From: a virus
Reading direction: 5' to 3' (one strand)
DNA length: 35,805 nucleotides
Virus genome (UHGV): UHGV-0193058
Shown: positions 9,203-18,505 of the stretch, one piece after another
Numbering within the stretch: the first letter of the stretch is position 1
How the letters are laid out: each line of letters starts with the position of its first letter
The notes under the pieces: generated by a model
Told to the model about the DNA's origin: nothing
The model's database searches: none
What the model saw: the letters and a program-made list of their open reading frames with translations, nothing else
Made by a program: the position numbers and the translations under genes

Positions 9203-10945
9203 ATTAACAATATAAAGTTAAAAGTACACATAAAAAATGGCAATATCTATGATATAACTGATATAGTAGAAAAAGTTACATGGAGTGGTGATTATAAGTC
9301 ACCATCAAGGACATTAGAATTTTCTATAGTACAGTCAGCTTCTGATATTAATTTTAGAAAGATAGATATACCTATAGCTAGTACAGTTTGTTTTTATGTG
9401 GATGATAAAGAACTCTATAGAGGAATGATAATTAATAGGTCTAAAGACTCTAGCAACAATAGTATTAGTTTTGTATCTAAAGATATGGGATTCTTGTTAA
9501 CACAGAGTGAAGTGTCATATAACTTTAAAGATAAATTAGTTGAAGATATTGCAAAACAGGTATTTAATGACAATAAACTTGCAATAGGAAATATACCTAA
9601 AACTAATGTTAAATACACTAAGATGTTTATTGGTGTAACTGGCTATGATACTATAATGAGTGCATATACAGAAGCTAGTAAGACAACGAAGAAAAAGTAT
9701 ATGATAGAGTCTAATTTAGATAAATTTAATGTTATTGAAAAAGGGATTATTACACTAAATGTTATGTTTGAAGAAGGGTCTAATCTTATTAACACGAGCT
9801 TTTCAGAGAGTATGGAGAATGTAAAAAACAAGGTATTAGTTGTAGACCAGTATGGAAATAAAATAAGTGAAAAGATAGACGATAAAATTTTTAAAGATGT
9901 TGGAGTAATAATGCAAAAGGTTATACAGCAACAAGAAAATAGTACTGTAGATATTGAAAGTGAGTTCAAGGGAATAGAACAGACTTGCAGTTTGAAAGGG
10001 TATGGTGACGTGACTTGTATAACTGGCAGAGGTGTAAAAGTTAAGGATAGTTACACAGGTCTTACAGGGCTATTTTATATAGACACAGATAAACATAATT
10101 GGGACAGTAACGGAAATTATGAGATAGATTTAGATTTAAATTTTCAAAATATCATGGATGAAAAGACAGCAGGACAGGACGAACAGAAGGAAGAAAGTTC
10201 AGATTTGAATGGAGAAGGTACACTAAATGGAAGAGAAGTAAAAGCAGAATTTACAGCTTATTATCCGTCTAATAACCCTATGGAGGGTGGTTATTATCAA
10301 GCTATGGATGGTAAAAGACTTGTACCTTCAAACAATACTTGTGCTGCACCTAGTAAACTTAAATTTAAAACAAAAATTCAAGCAAAATGTCCTGGAACTA
10401 AAATTGATGGTAAAACTTATACAGTAACAGACAGAGGAGGAGCGATTGGCTTAAAAAACGGAGTGTATAGAATAGATATATTAATGTCTAGTGAAAAAGA
10501 ATGTAATGATTTTGGAAGAAGAAAAGGAACAATAATAATTGGAGATGGCACAGGCTATACAAATGCAACAGGAAAAGCTAAAGAATTGATAAGTATAGCA
10601 AAAAGCAAGCTAGGCTGTAAGTATGTTTGGGGAGCTACTGGTCCAAATACTTTTGATTGTAGTGGATTCACTCAATGGTGTTACAAAAAGATAGGTATAA
10701 ACATTCCTAGAGTATCAAGAGACCAGGGAAAGGCAGGTAAAGCAGTAAGTAAAGGAAGTTTACAACTAGGAGATTTAGTTTTCTTTTCTAGTAAAGGAGC
10801 AAATGGAGCAATAGACCACGTTGGCATGTTTATTGGAAGTGGCGAATTTATTCATTCTCCACATACTGGTGATGTTGTAAAAATAAGTAAGTTAAGTGGT
10901 AGTTATTACGCTAAAAATTATGTAACAGCTAGAAGGTATTTATAA
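9203..10945 (+). CDS. XkdQ-like baseplate hub fused to 3D-domain and NlpC/P60 peptidoglycan hydrolase domains (tail-associated lysin)
   Basis: The frame is open from 9197, and XkdQ-like N-terminal sequence (GNIYDITDIVEKVTWSGDYKSPSRTLEFSIV) lies upstream of the first GTG at 9398. There is no ATG/GTG/TTG after the SD GGAGGTGA (9189-9196), so the start was set to ATT 9203. The middle carries a 3D-like Cys-containing domain. The C-terminus has the NlpC/P60 catalytic motifs DCSGFTQW (Cys) and IDHVGMFIG (His). Confidence 0.65.
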   Translation: MNNIKLKVHIKNGNIYDITDIVEKVTWSGDYKSPSRTLEFSIVQSASDINFRKIDIPIASTVCFYVDDKELYRGMIINRSKDSSNNSISFVSKDMGFLLTQSEVSYNFKDKLVEDIAKQVFNDNKLAIGNIPKTNVKYTKMFIGVTGYDTIMSAYTEASKTTKKKYMIESNLDKFNVIEKGIITLNVMFEEGSNLINTSFSESMENVKNKVLVVDQYGNKISEKIDDKIFKDVGVIMQKVIQQQENSTVDIESEFKGIEQTCSLKGYGDVTCITGRGVKVKDSYTGLTGLFYIDTDKHNWDSNGNYEIDLDLNFQNIMDEKTAGQDEQKEESSDLNGEGTLNGREVKAEFTAYYPSNNPMEGGYYQAMDGKRLVPSNNTCAAPSKLKFKTKIQAKCPGTKIDGKTYTVTDRGGAIGLKNGVYRIDILMSSEKECNDFGRRKGTIIIGDGTGYTNATGKAKELISIAKSKLGCKYVWGATGPNTFDCSGFTQWCYKKIGINIPRVSRDQGKAGKAVSKGSLQLGDLVFFSSKGANGAIDHVGMFIGSGEFIHSPHTGDVVKISKLSGSYYAKNYVTARRYL

Positions 10946-10960
10946 AAAGGTGGTGATATA

Positions 10961-11287
10961 GTGGCTAATCCAATAAATGAATTTATAGGAATAATAAGAG
11001 AGGAAGGAAAACATTACAATGAACCTTCTTTTTTTATTGGGGAAATTAAAAGTAAATTACCAGATTTAAAAATAGAGGTAAATAATGTCATATTAGAAAA
11101 AGAAGATATTTTAATAGATAGTTGGATTCTTGATAGGCAGATAGAAACATTTAATACAGAAACAAGCCAGGAACATAGGCATGAAGTAAAAAATCCGTTC
11201 ATAGATACCTTTGAGGAAGAGGACACAGTAATAATGTTTAAGATAGGTGATAAATTTGCTGTTGTAAGTAAGTTGGTGAGCTTATAA
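10961..11287 (+). CDS. XkdR-like baseplate protein
   Basis: 108 aa, GTG start after AAAGGTGGTGA, in the conserved order after the hub gene. Confidence 0.45.
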   Translation: MANPINEFIGIIREEGKHYNEPSFFIGEIKSKLPDLKIEVNNVILEKEDILIDSWILDRQIETFNTETSQEHRHEVKNPFIDTFEEEDTVIMFKIGDKFAVVSKLVSL

Positions 11288-11715
11288 TGAGTACAATATT
11301 TCCTTTCATAGGTGTACCAGAAGATTATGAAATACCGAAAACAGAAGAATTAGAATTATTTAGAGAAGTGGCTTGGAATTTTGAAAAAGATGAACCAGTT
11401 GTGGAAAATGGAGATTTTAAGGTCATTGAGGGCAATGAAGCTATAAAAGTTTGGGTGTATAAATGTATAAAAACTAACAAGTATGAGCATGAGATTTATT
11501 CATGGGGTTATGGAACAGAACTTTCAGAGCTTATAGGTCAAAAATACAGCAAAGGACTTACAGAAAGTGAAGCTAGTAGATATATAAAAGAGGCTTTATT
11601 AGTTAATCCATATATATTAGATATCAATGTCAAGAATACAAAATTTACAGATGATTTATTAAGTGTAGATATAGAAATTTCAACAATTTATGGGGAGGTG
11701 GAAGTTAATGTATAG
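11287..11715 (+). CDS. XkdS-like baseplate protein
   Basis: 142 aa in the conserved position. Confidence 0.45.
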   Translation: MSTIFPFIGVPEDYEIPKTEELELFREVAWNFEKDEPVVENGDFKVIEGNEAIKVWVYKCIKTNKYEHEIYSWGYGTELSELIGQKYSKGLTESEASRYIKEALLVNPYILDINVKNTKFTDDLLSVDIEISTIYGEVEVNV

Positions 11716-12760
11716 TAGTCAAACATATGACGTTATTAAAAATAGAACTCTATCAAATATAGATTTAGATATCTATAAGAGTGAGGGTTCTTTTTTAAGT
11801 GATATAGTATCTCCAATCAGTACAGAACTCGCAAAATTCTATATAGAACTTTCATATCTTCATAAAAAAGCTTTTATTGAAGATAACTTCGACGATTTTT
11901 TAGATAAGAGAGTAAATGAGTTTGGAGTATATAGAAAGTTAGGAACAGAAGCAACTGGAGAGGTAATATTTGAAGGAAAAGCTGGAACAATTGTTCAAAA
12001 CGGAACAATTATATCTTACAATGAGCTATTATTCGTAGTAATTAAAGATATAGTAATTAGTTCAGAAATCGAACAAAATACAAGCCCCGTACAGGCTTTA
12101 GAAATTGGAATTAGATATAATATACCTGCAAATACAGAATTTAAGCTACAAGACGAAATAAACGGTATAAGTAAAATATATAATAATTTAGACTTTAAAG
12201 GTGGTACAGAAATAGAAACAGACGAAGAATTAAAAGAGAGATTCTATAAAATACAGAAAAATCAAGCTACAAGTGGAAATAAGGCACACTATGAAGCATG
12301 GGCTTTAGAAGTTGAAGGAGTATATAATGCTAAAATTTATCCAAGATGGGATGGACCAGGAACGGTAAAGGTATTAATATTTGGAGAAAATAATCAAGCT
12401 GTTGACACAGAAGTAATTGAAAGATGCAAAGAACATATTGAGATAGAAATGCCAATAGGTCCTGCATTAACAGTTCTAACTCCAACTATTTTAGATATAA
12501 ATATAAGTGCATCTATAAAACTAGAAGCAGGTTATACACTAGATTTTGTAAAAGAAAGCTTCTTAGAAAGCATTAATAGTTACTTAATAAATGTTAATAA
12601 AGAAATAATTTACACTAAAGTAAGTGCAATACTTGCAAGTACAGAAGGTTTACATGACTTTAGTAATTTATTATTAAATAATAAAGCTGAAAATATAGTA
12701 TTTGAAGAAGACAAAGTACCAAGTGTAACTACTCTAAATTTTAGTGAGGTGGTTCAATGA
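11708..12760 (+). CDS. baseplate J-like protein (XkdT-like)
   Basis: ATG 11708 (MYSSQTYD...) follows the SD GGGGAGGTGGAAG. About 350 aa is typical of baseplate J. Confidence 0.65.
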   Translation: MYSSQTYDVIKNRTLSNIDLDIYKSEGSFLSDIVSPISTELAKFYIELSYLHKKAFIEDNFDDFLDKRVNEFGVYRKLGTEATGEVIFEGKAGTIVQNGTIISYNELLFVVIKDIVISSEIEQNTSPVQALEIGIRYNIPANTEFKLQDEINGISKIYNNLDFKGGTEIETDEELKERFYKIQKNQATSGNKAHYEAWALEVEGVYNAKIYPRWDGPGTVKVLIFGENNQAVDTEVIERCKEHIEIEMPIGPALTVLTPTILDINISASIKLEAGYTLDFVKESFLESINSYLINVNKEIIYTKVSAILASTEGLHDFSNLLLNNKAENIVFEEDKVPSVTTLNFSEVVQ

Positions 12761-13374
12761 AGTTAATTGATAAGTTACCTTATTTTTATAACAATTCTAT
12801 TACTAGTAAAATACAAGAAGCTTATGACATAGAACTAGAAACACTTAGAGAAACTTATGACGATACCTTTGACCAGTTTTTTGTAGATACTGCAACGTGG
12901 GGACTTGACTATTGGGAGAACATTTTATCTATTAAAAACAGATGTGATTTAAGTATAGAAGATAGAAGAAGTAATATAAAAGCAAAGATGCGTGGCAAGG
13001 GTACAACTACTATAGAAGTTATAAAAGCTATAGGAGAGGCTTATACAAAGACTAATGTTGATGTAAAAGTATTTAGTAATCTATTTAGTTTTACACTTAG
13101 CTTTATAACAAATGATTGTAGTTATAGCACTATTTTAGAGTTAGATAAGAAAATAGAAGAAATAAAACCTGCACATTTAGAACATAAATTTGAGAGAGTT
13201 TTATATAATCAAAACGGACTTTATGCAGGAGCAATGACCAGCACAGGAGAAATAGTTACTATATACCCTTATACACCTAAAGACATAACATGTTTTGGGG
13301 AAATAATACTAGCTAGTGGAAACAACAAAAGTGCTGAAAGGGTAACATTATACCCTAAACAGGAGGTGATATGA
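12757..13374 (+). CDS. XkdU-like tail protein
   Basis: 205 aa, translationally coupled to neighbouring genes in the baseplate cluster. Confidence 0.45.
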   Translation: MKLIDKLPYFYNNSITSKIQEAYDIELETLRETYDDTFDQFFVDTATWGLDYWENILSIKNRCDLSIEDRRSNIKAKMRGKGTTTIEVIKAIGEAYTKTNVDVKVFSNLFSFTLSFITNDCSYSTILELDKKIEEIKPAHLEHKFERVLYNQNGLYAGAMTSTGEIVTIYPYTPKDITCFGEIILASGNNKSAERVTLYPKQEVI

Positions 13375-14154
13375 TTGACACAAACACAATATTATACATT
13401 ACTTACAGAAATAGGTAAGGCTGCTATAGCAAATGCTACAGCACTCGGGACTAGAGTTGATTTTGCAAAAATAAAGGTTGGGGATGGTGGTGGAAGTGCA
13501 TATATTCCAACAGAAAATCAAACAGCACTTAAAAATGTGGTGTGGGAAAGCACATTAGAGCATGTTCAAACAGACGAAAAAAATCCTAATTGGGTAGTTA
13601 TCCAAAAAACTATAACAGGAGATACTGGAAACTTTATAATCAGGGAGGTTGGAGTATTTGATTCTAAAGACCAACTTCTCGCAGTATCTAGCTATCCCGA
13701 AACTTATAAACCTGCTCCGGATTCGGGAACAGTAAAAGAAATATTAATTAAAATTATATTAGCTGTGTCTAATGCAGCAAGTATAAATTTAAAAATAGAC
13801 CCAACAGTTGTATTAGCAACTTTAAAAGATATACAAGATTTAGACAATAAAATTGATACAACTAAAACAGAATTAACAAACAACTTAGAAACTGCTAAAA
13901 CAGAGTTAAACAATAAAATAGGTGATACAACACAACTTACTACAACAGATAAAACTAGTCTTGTTGGTGCATTAAATGAGGTAAAAACTAGCGTAGATAG
14001 TATAGAAACAACAGCAGAGAAAACAAGTTATAATAATGCAACAAGTAATCTTGCTGCTACGAATGTGCAAGGGGCGATTGATGAAGTTGTTAGAAAGATA
14101 GAAAAATTTAATGAGGTTAATATATCTATACAAAATGATATGTTACCTATTTAA
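13375..14154 (+). CDS. tail fibre protein (XkdV-like N-terminus)
   Basis: TTG start after GGAGGTGATA. The N-terminus YYTLLTEIGKAAIANATALGT...VGDGGG is typical of the shared fibre N-terminal domain, and the C-terminal half is coiled-coil-like. Confidence 0.55.
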   Translation: MTQTQYYTLLTEIGKAAIANATALGTRVDFAKIKVGDGGGSAYIPTENQTALKNVVWESTLEHVQTDEKNPNWVVIQKTITGDTGNFIIREVGVFDSKDQLLAVSSYPETYKPAPDSGTVKEILIKIILAVSNAASINLKIDPTVVLATLKDIQDLDNKIDTTKTELTNNLETAKTELNNKIGDTTQLTTTDKTSLVGALNEVKTSVDSIETTAEKTSYNNATSNLAATNVQGAIDEVVRKIEKFNEVNISIQNDMLPI

Positions 14155-14171
14155 GAGAGGAAAGTGAGAAA

Positions 14172-15452
14172 ATGCAGTCAGAATGGAATTTTGATTATAC
14201 AGGCGCAGAACAAAACGTTACATTGAAGCCTGGCAAATATAAATTAGAATGCTGGGGTGCTTGTGGAGGAGGCTGGTTTAGTGAATGGACTAAAGGCGCT
14301 AAAGGTGGTTATTCTAAAGCAGAACTTACATTAAAAAAAGAAACTATATTATATGTTTACGCTGGAGAAACTGGATGCCAAAAGTTTGAAAATAGTATTA
14401 ATAACTGGACTGGATTTAATGGAGGGGGAAGAGGTACTAATGCAGGTGCAGACCCTAAGTTTATATTATGTGGTGGAGGTGCTACTGATATAAGACTTAT
14501 TAGAGGAAGTTGGAGTAATGAACAAGGATTACTATCACGTATACTTGTTGCAGGTGGTGCAGGTGCAATTAGCAGTAGTGACTACGGCGTAGGAAATGGT
14601 GGTGGCATGGAAGGTTCAAAAGGATTTGATGGTTCTAATGCTTTTGTCACTGGAGGTACACAGTACCAAGGAGGAATAGGACTTGAAGATAAGTATAATG
14701 GTTCGTTTGGTAGAGCAAGTTCTACAGGAACAGGGCAAGGTGGAGGAGGTGGGTGGTTTGGCGGTGCGGGCGGTCTTAATTATAATGCTGCGGGCGGAAG
14801 TGGTTACGCACTAACTAAAGATAGTTATAAGCCACCTGGATATATACCAACATCTAAGTATTATCTTGATAATGTAGTCATGACTACTGGAGGTAATACT
14901 ACTAAAGCAGATGGTTATGCTAAAATAACATTACTTCAAGCATTACCGTTTTTAACAGTATCATCTTATAACTCAACTACAGCAACATTTAAAGCAGACC
15001 ACACAGACCCCACATTATTAACTAAAATAGAGTGGTTTATTGATGAGAAATTAAAAGAAACTATAACATCAAAGTTAACAATAGAAAAAACAATTAACTA
15101 TACATTAGAAGATAATGCACTACACACGATTAAAATAGTTGTTACAGACAGTTCTAATGCTACAGCAGAGAGAATTTTTACAGTTAGTAAAGGAATTGCA
15201 CCGCTTCCAACTGGCTCATCTAGCGAAGAAGTTACAAACAAATGGAGGGAAATTAAAGATTCATTTAAAACTGGTAAAACAAGTATTATAAATACTTTAG
15301 CATTAAAGAACATAGAGGCAAGCTTGAATAATACACTAGTTGAGTTATCAGAAAAGATAAAGCAGTCTTTTGATAGTTCAGATGCTAGTGTACAAGAGTT
15401 AGAAAATCAATTACTAATTGTAGAAAATGAGAAAGTGGGAGGAATTTTATAA
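14172..15452 (+). CDS. glycine-rich tail fibre / receptor-binding protein
   Basis: 426 aa with long GGxGG-rich tracts (GGGGGWFGGAGG, GGAGAISSSDYGVGNGGG), as in PBSX-like distal fibre proteins. Confidence 0.55.
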   Translation: MQSEWNFDYTGAEQNVTLKPGKYKLECWGACGGGWFSEWTKGAKGGYSKAELTLKKETILYVYAGETGCQKFENSINNWTGFNGGGRGTNAGADPKFILCGGGATDIRLIRGSWSNEQGLLSRILVAGGAGAISSSDYGVGNGGGMEGSKGFDGSNAFVTGGTQYQGGIGLEDKYNGSFGRASSTGTGQGGGGGWFGGAGGLNYNAAGGSGYALTKDSYKPPGYIPTSKYYLDNVVMTTGGNTTKADGYAKITLLQALPFLTVSSYNSTTATFKADHTDPTLLTKIEWFIDEKLKETITSKLTIEKTINYTLEDNALHTIKIVVTDSSNATAERIFTVSKGIAPLPTGSSSEEVTNKWREIKDSFKTGKTSIINTLALKNIEASLNNTLVELSEKIKQSFDSSDASVQELENQLLIVENEKVGGIL

Positions 15453-15634
15453 TGAATATAAATAATGTTGTAGTAAGAATATTGGCGGAGAGAATATTAA
15501 ACAAAGGATTGAACCCTTTAAAAAACAGACCTTTTGAGTTAGATGACGTAACTAACACAGAATACAGAAAAGCCGTAGAGGATTATATAATTAAAGAAAG
15601 TGGAGTAGTAGAAGGAGCAGAACCTACGGCGTAA
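15452..15634 (+). CDS. small XkdX-like protein
   Basis: 60-aa ORF between the fibre genes and the lysis cassette. It is translationally coupled (ATAATG overlap). Confidence 0.4.
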   Translation: MNINNVVVRILAERILNKGLNPLKNRPFELDDVTNTEYRKAVEDYIIKESGVVEGAEPTA

Positions 15635-15648
15635 GGTTCTTTTTTTAT
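15619..15648 (+). terminator. rho-independent terminator closing tail operon
   Basis: AGAACCT acggcgta AGGTTCT stem-loop followed by TTTTTTTATTT. Confidence 0.65.
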
Positions 15649-15670
15649 TTCAATTAATTAGGAGGTTTTC

Positions 15671-15901
15671 ATGAATGAAGAAGTTATAAAAGAAAAAATA
15701 AAACGAAATGAAATAAGAATAAACAGACACAGTGATGAAATAGACGAATTAAAGATAGCAAATATAGAGTCTAAAGCAGAGTTAAAAGCATTGTGTGAGA
15801 ATCTAAATTCACTTACAAGTATGTTGAAGTGGCTGATAGGAACAATGATTACAACACTAATAGGGTTCTTTATATTTGCTATTCAGAGAGGAATATTTTA
15901 A
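15671..15901 (+). CDS. XhlA-like haemolysin/holin-associated membrane protein
   Basis: 76 aa with an N-terminal coiled coil and a single C-terminal TM segment (WLIGTMITTLIGFFIFAI), as in PBSX XhlA. SD AGGAGG. Confidence 0.6.
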   Translation: MNEEVIKEKIKRNEIRINRHSDEIDELKIANIESKAELKALCENLNSLTSMLKWLIGTMITTLIGFFIFAIQRGIF

Positions 15902-15917
15902 ATTAGGAGGATAAAAG

Positions 15918-16175
15918 ATGGATAATTTAATAAGTTTTATACCAGAGCAGTTACTAATTTTAGTAGCTGCTCTTTATGTTATAGGAGCAGGTTGCAAGAA
16001 ATATAAGCAATTAGATAACAAGTATATTCCAGTAGTGTTATTGATACTTGGTATAGGTTTCTCAATATGGATGCTAGGATTAAATCCTAGTGCAGTTTTA
16101 CAGGGAATAATCTGTTGGGGAGTTGCAATAGGTATAAATCAAACTTACAAACAGTTGAAGGAGGAAAATAAATAA
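15918..16175 (+). CDS. phage holin
   Basis: 85 aa with two predicted TM helices and a charged C-terminus, immediately upstream of the amidase. SD AGGAGG. Confidence 0.7.
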   Translation: MDNLISFIPEQLLILVAALYVIGAGCKKYKQLDNKYIPVVLLILGIGFSIWMLGLNPSAVLQGIICWGVAIGINQTYKQLKEENK

Positions 16176-16987
16176 TGAAAATATGTATTACAGTAGGACA
16201 CAGTATTTTAAAAAGTGGTGCATGCACTTCTGCTGATGGGGTAGTTAACGAATACCAATACAATAAATTTCTTGCACCAGTATTAGCAGATACATTTAGA
16301 AAAGAAGGTCATAAGGCAGATGTAATAATATGCCCTGAAAAGCAGTTTAAAACTAAAGCAGAAGAAAAGATTTATAAAATACCTAGAGTTAATAGTGGAG
16401 GATATGATTTACTTATAGAGTTACATTTAAATGCAAGTAACGGTCAAGGAAAAGGTTCAGAAGTTCTATATTATAGTAATAAAGGTTTAGAATATGCAAC
16501 TAGAATATGTAATAAGCTAGGTACAGTATTTAGAAATAGAAGAGCTAAATTAGATAAAGGATTATATATCTTAAATAGTTCAAAGCCTACAGCAGTATTA
16601 ATTGAAAGTTTCTTCTGTGATAATAAAGAAGATTATGAGAAGGCTAAGAAACTTGGATATGAAGGAATGGCTAAGTTAATTGTTGAGGGTGTATTGAATA
16701 AAAATATAGGTGATGAGGGAGTCAAAGAGATGTACAAACATACAATAGTTTATAGTGGAGAAGTTGACAAAATCCCTGCAACTGTAGTTGGTTGGGGGTA
16801 TAATGATGGGAAAATATTGATATGTGATATAAAAGACTACGTACCAGGTCAGACAGAAAATTTATATATTGTTGGTGGTGGAGCATGTGAAAAGATAAGT
16901 TCTATAACAAAAGAACATTATACAATGATAAAAGGTAATGATAGATTTGATACACTTTACAAAGCGTTAGATTTTATTAAGAAATAA
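16175..16987 (+). CDS. N-acetylmuramoyl-L-alanine amidase endolysin (CD27L-like)
   Basis: The N-terminus MKICITVGHSILKSGACTSADGVVNEYQYNKF...ELHLNASNG...ESFFCDNKEDY has amidase_3 features and closely resembles the C. difficile phage CD27L endolysin. The C-terminal domain carries the GNDRFDTLYKALDFI tail. Confidence 0.9.
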   Translation: MKICITVGHSILKSGACTSADGVVNEYQYNKFLAPVLADTFRKEGHKADVIICPEKQFKTKAEEKIYKIPRVNSGGYDLLIELHLNASNGQGKGSEVLYYSNKGLEYATRICNKLGTVFRNRRAKLDKGLYILNSSKPTAVLIESFFCDNKEDYEKAKKLGYEGMAKLIVEGVLNKNIGDEGVKEMYKHTIVYSGEVDKIPATVVGWGYNDGKILICDIKDYVPGQTENLYIVGGGACEKISSITKEHYTMIKGNDRFDTLYKALDFIKK

Positions 16988-16993
16988 GTTTGT

Positions 16994-17037
16994 AGAGAGT
17001 GGTAACTATTTCATCAGTTACCACTCTCTCTTTTTTT
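16994..17037 (+). terminator. strong bidirectional-looking terminator after lysis cassette
   Basis: 14-bp perfect stem AGAGAGTGGTAACT/AGTTACCACTCTCT with an 8-nt loop, followed by TTTTTTT. Confidence 0.8.
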
Positions 17038-17223
17038 ATCCTTTTTGTTATATTCTCTTTCAAGTGCTGTTTTTTTAAAAACCCATGTCGTTCCGAATTT
17101 TTTACAGTCTACACCTTCCACAAATTTTCCGTTTCTTATATTAAGTCTTAACGTACTTTCACCTTTTTTATAAAGTTCACAAGCATCTTTTATAGAGATT
17201 AGTTCCTCAAATACATCTTTCAT
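17014..17223 (-). CDS. HTH DNA-binding protein (excisionase/MerR-like HTH_17)
   Basis: 69 aa. ISIKDACELYKKGESTLRLNIRNGKF...VFKKTALER matches the excisionase-type winged HTH. It has its own promoter (TTGTCT 17 nt TATAAT on the minus strand) and the SD AAAAGGAG. Confidence 0.55.
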   Translation of the reverse strand: MKDVFEELISIKDACELYKKGESTLRLNIRNGKFVEGVDCKKFGTTWVFKKTALEREYNKKDKKRESGN

Positions 17224-17307
17224 TTTAACAACTCCTTTTACTTATATTATAATCGCAAAAGTTTAAAAAGACAAGGGGAAAATAAGCGTAAAAGTTTAAT
17301 AAAAGTG

Positions 17308-17336
17308 TTGACTCAATAAACGTAAACGTTTATAAT
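17308..17336 (+). promoter_or_regulatory. sigma-A promoter P1 (TTGACT-17-TATAAT) with palindromic operator TAAACGTTTA
   Basis: Consensus -35/-10 with exact 17-nt spacing. The palindrome 17323-17332 overlaps the -10 element. Confidence 0.75.
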
Positions 17337-17372
17337 ATAATTAAAGAAAGATAAACAAAGGGGGATATAAAA

Positions 17373-17822
17373 ATGGAAAAATTCATCAGACTTGATTACG
17401 ATAAGGGCTTTAGAGGAAAAGAACATGTAAGTTCTGCAACTGGAGATGGAGAACATTTTGAAGCAGGAATTAGTTGTTATAAAATAAGTAAAGAAAAATG
17501 TGTTGATGCTATAATAAATTTATGTGAATATTGGTTTGAATTTGCAGGTGAATGTCAATTCAAAGATTTCGATATAAATATTTTTGAAGGATGCTATGTA
17601 GGTGAGGGGGCTAGTTACGAAGATTTAGCCACTTGTGAGAAACATTTATATACTGTAGATGGTTCTTTATTCAATGAAGTTTATGACTTATATTATATGC
17701 ATGAAACATACTTAGAAGAAAATGGAAATGTTGAAGAATTAGAAGAAAACTACAAAGATGAATATATAACAACAGAAGAATTTGAAACTAAGATAAAAGA
17801 AATGTTTATAAAATATCTGTAG
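17373..17822 (+). CDS. hypothetical acidic Cys-containing protein (moron)
   Basis: 149-aa ORF with SD AAAGGGGGA, downstream of P1. No recognisable family. Confidence 0.5.
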   Translation: MEKFIRLDYDKGFRGKEHVSSATGDGEHFEAGISCYKISKEKCVDAIINLCEYWFEFAGECQFKDFDINIFEGCYVGEGASYEDLATCEKHLYTVDGSLFNEVYDLYYMHETYLEENGNVEELEENYKDEYITTEEFETKIKEMFIKYL

Positions 17823-17833
17823 GAAGTGAAAAC

Positions 17834-18469
17834 ATGAAAATTGGAGATAAATTTGAAAATCTTACAATACTAGATATAGAACAAAAAAATGGCAGGAAAT
17901 ATTGCTTATGTAAATGTAGTAATTGCAATAATGAAAAATGGATAAGGGCAGATAGTTTAAAAAGAATAAAAGCATGTGGATGCATGAAAAGTAACACACA
18001 GTTTAAACAAAATGATTTAACAGGCAAAAAGTTTGGCAGATTAACAGCAATAAAGAACACTAATAAAAAAGCTAAAAGTGGTCACTATATTTGGGCTTGT
18101 AAGTGTGATTGTGGAAATGAGATTAAGACAGCAGAAAACAATTTAACTACTGGTAGAACTAAATCATGTGGATGCTTGAAAAAGGAATCTAATATAAAAA
18201 ATGCAAAGATAGCGTTAAAAGTACATAAAGAAAAAAATATTATTGATGATACAAATCTATCTATTATAAAAAAGACAGAAGCGTATTCTAATTCAAAAAC
18301 TAAAATTAGAGGCGTTTCTTGGAATAAAGAAAAAAGAAAATACTGTGCACAAATAGAATTTAAGAAAATGCATTATAATCTAGGATACTATGACAACATA
18401 AGAGAAGCAGAAGAAGCATACAAAAAAGCCAAAGAAAAATTCTTAAAAGAAATAAACGGAAAAGTTTAA
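17834..18469 (+). CDS. AP2-domain DNA-binding protein with two N-terminal Cys-rich zinc-ribbon-like modules
   Basis: The C-terminus RGVSWNKEKRKYCAQIEFKKMHYNLGYYDNIREAEEAYKKAKEKF is AP2/ERF-like. The N-terminus has two 45-aa repeats, each with a GxKFxxLT...CxC..C.NE...CGC pattern. Confidence 0.6.
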   Translation: MKIGDKFENLTILDIEQKNGRKYCLCKCSNCNNEKWIRADSLKRIKACGCMKSNTQFKQNDLTGKKFGRLTAIKNTNKKAKSGHYIWACKCDCGNEIKTAENNLTTGRTKSCGCLKKESNIKNAKIALKVHKEKNIIDDTNLSIIKKTEAYSNSKTKIRGVSWNKEKRKYCAQIEFKKMHYNLGYYDNIREAEEAYKKAKEKFLKEINGKV

Positions 18470-18476
18470 AAAACTA

Positions 18477-18505
18477 TTGACTTAATAAACGCAAACGTTT
18501 ATAAT
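18477..18505 (+). promoter_or_regulatory. promoter P2, near-identical copy of P1 cassette
   Basis: TTGACT-17-TATAAT with the AAACGTTT palindrome. The 45-bp block TTGACTyAATAAACGyAAACGTTTATAATATAATTAAAGAAAG is shared with P1. Confidence 0.75.

Noticed and set aside
9415-9969. Minus-strand ORFs 9415-9618 and 9643-9969 within the hub-lysin gene
   Set aside because: Antisense to a conserved coding region, with low-complexity hydrophobic translations and no ribosome-binding sites.
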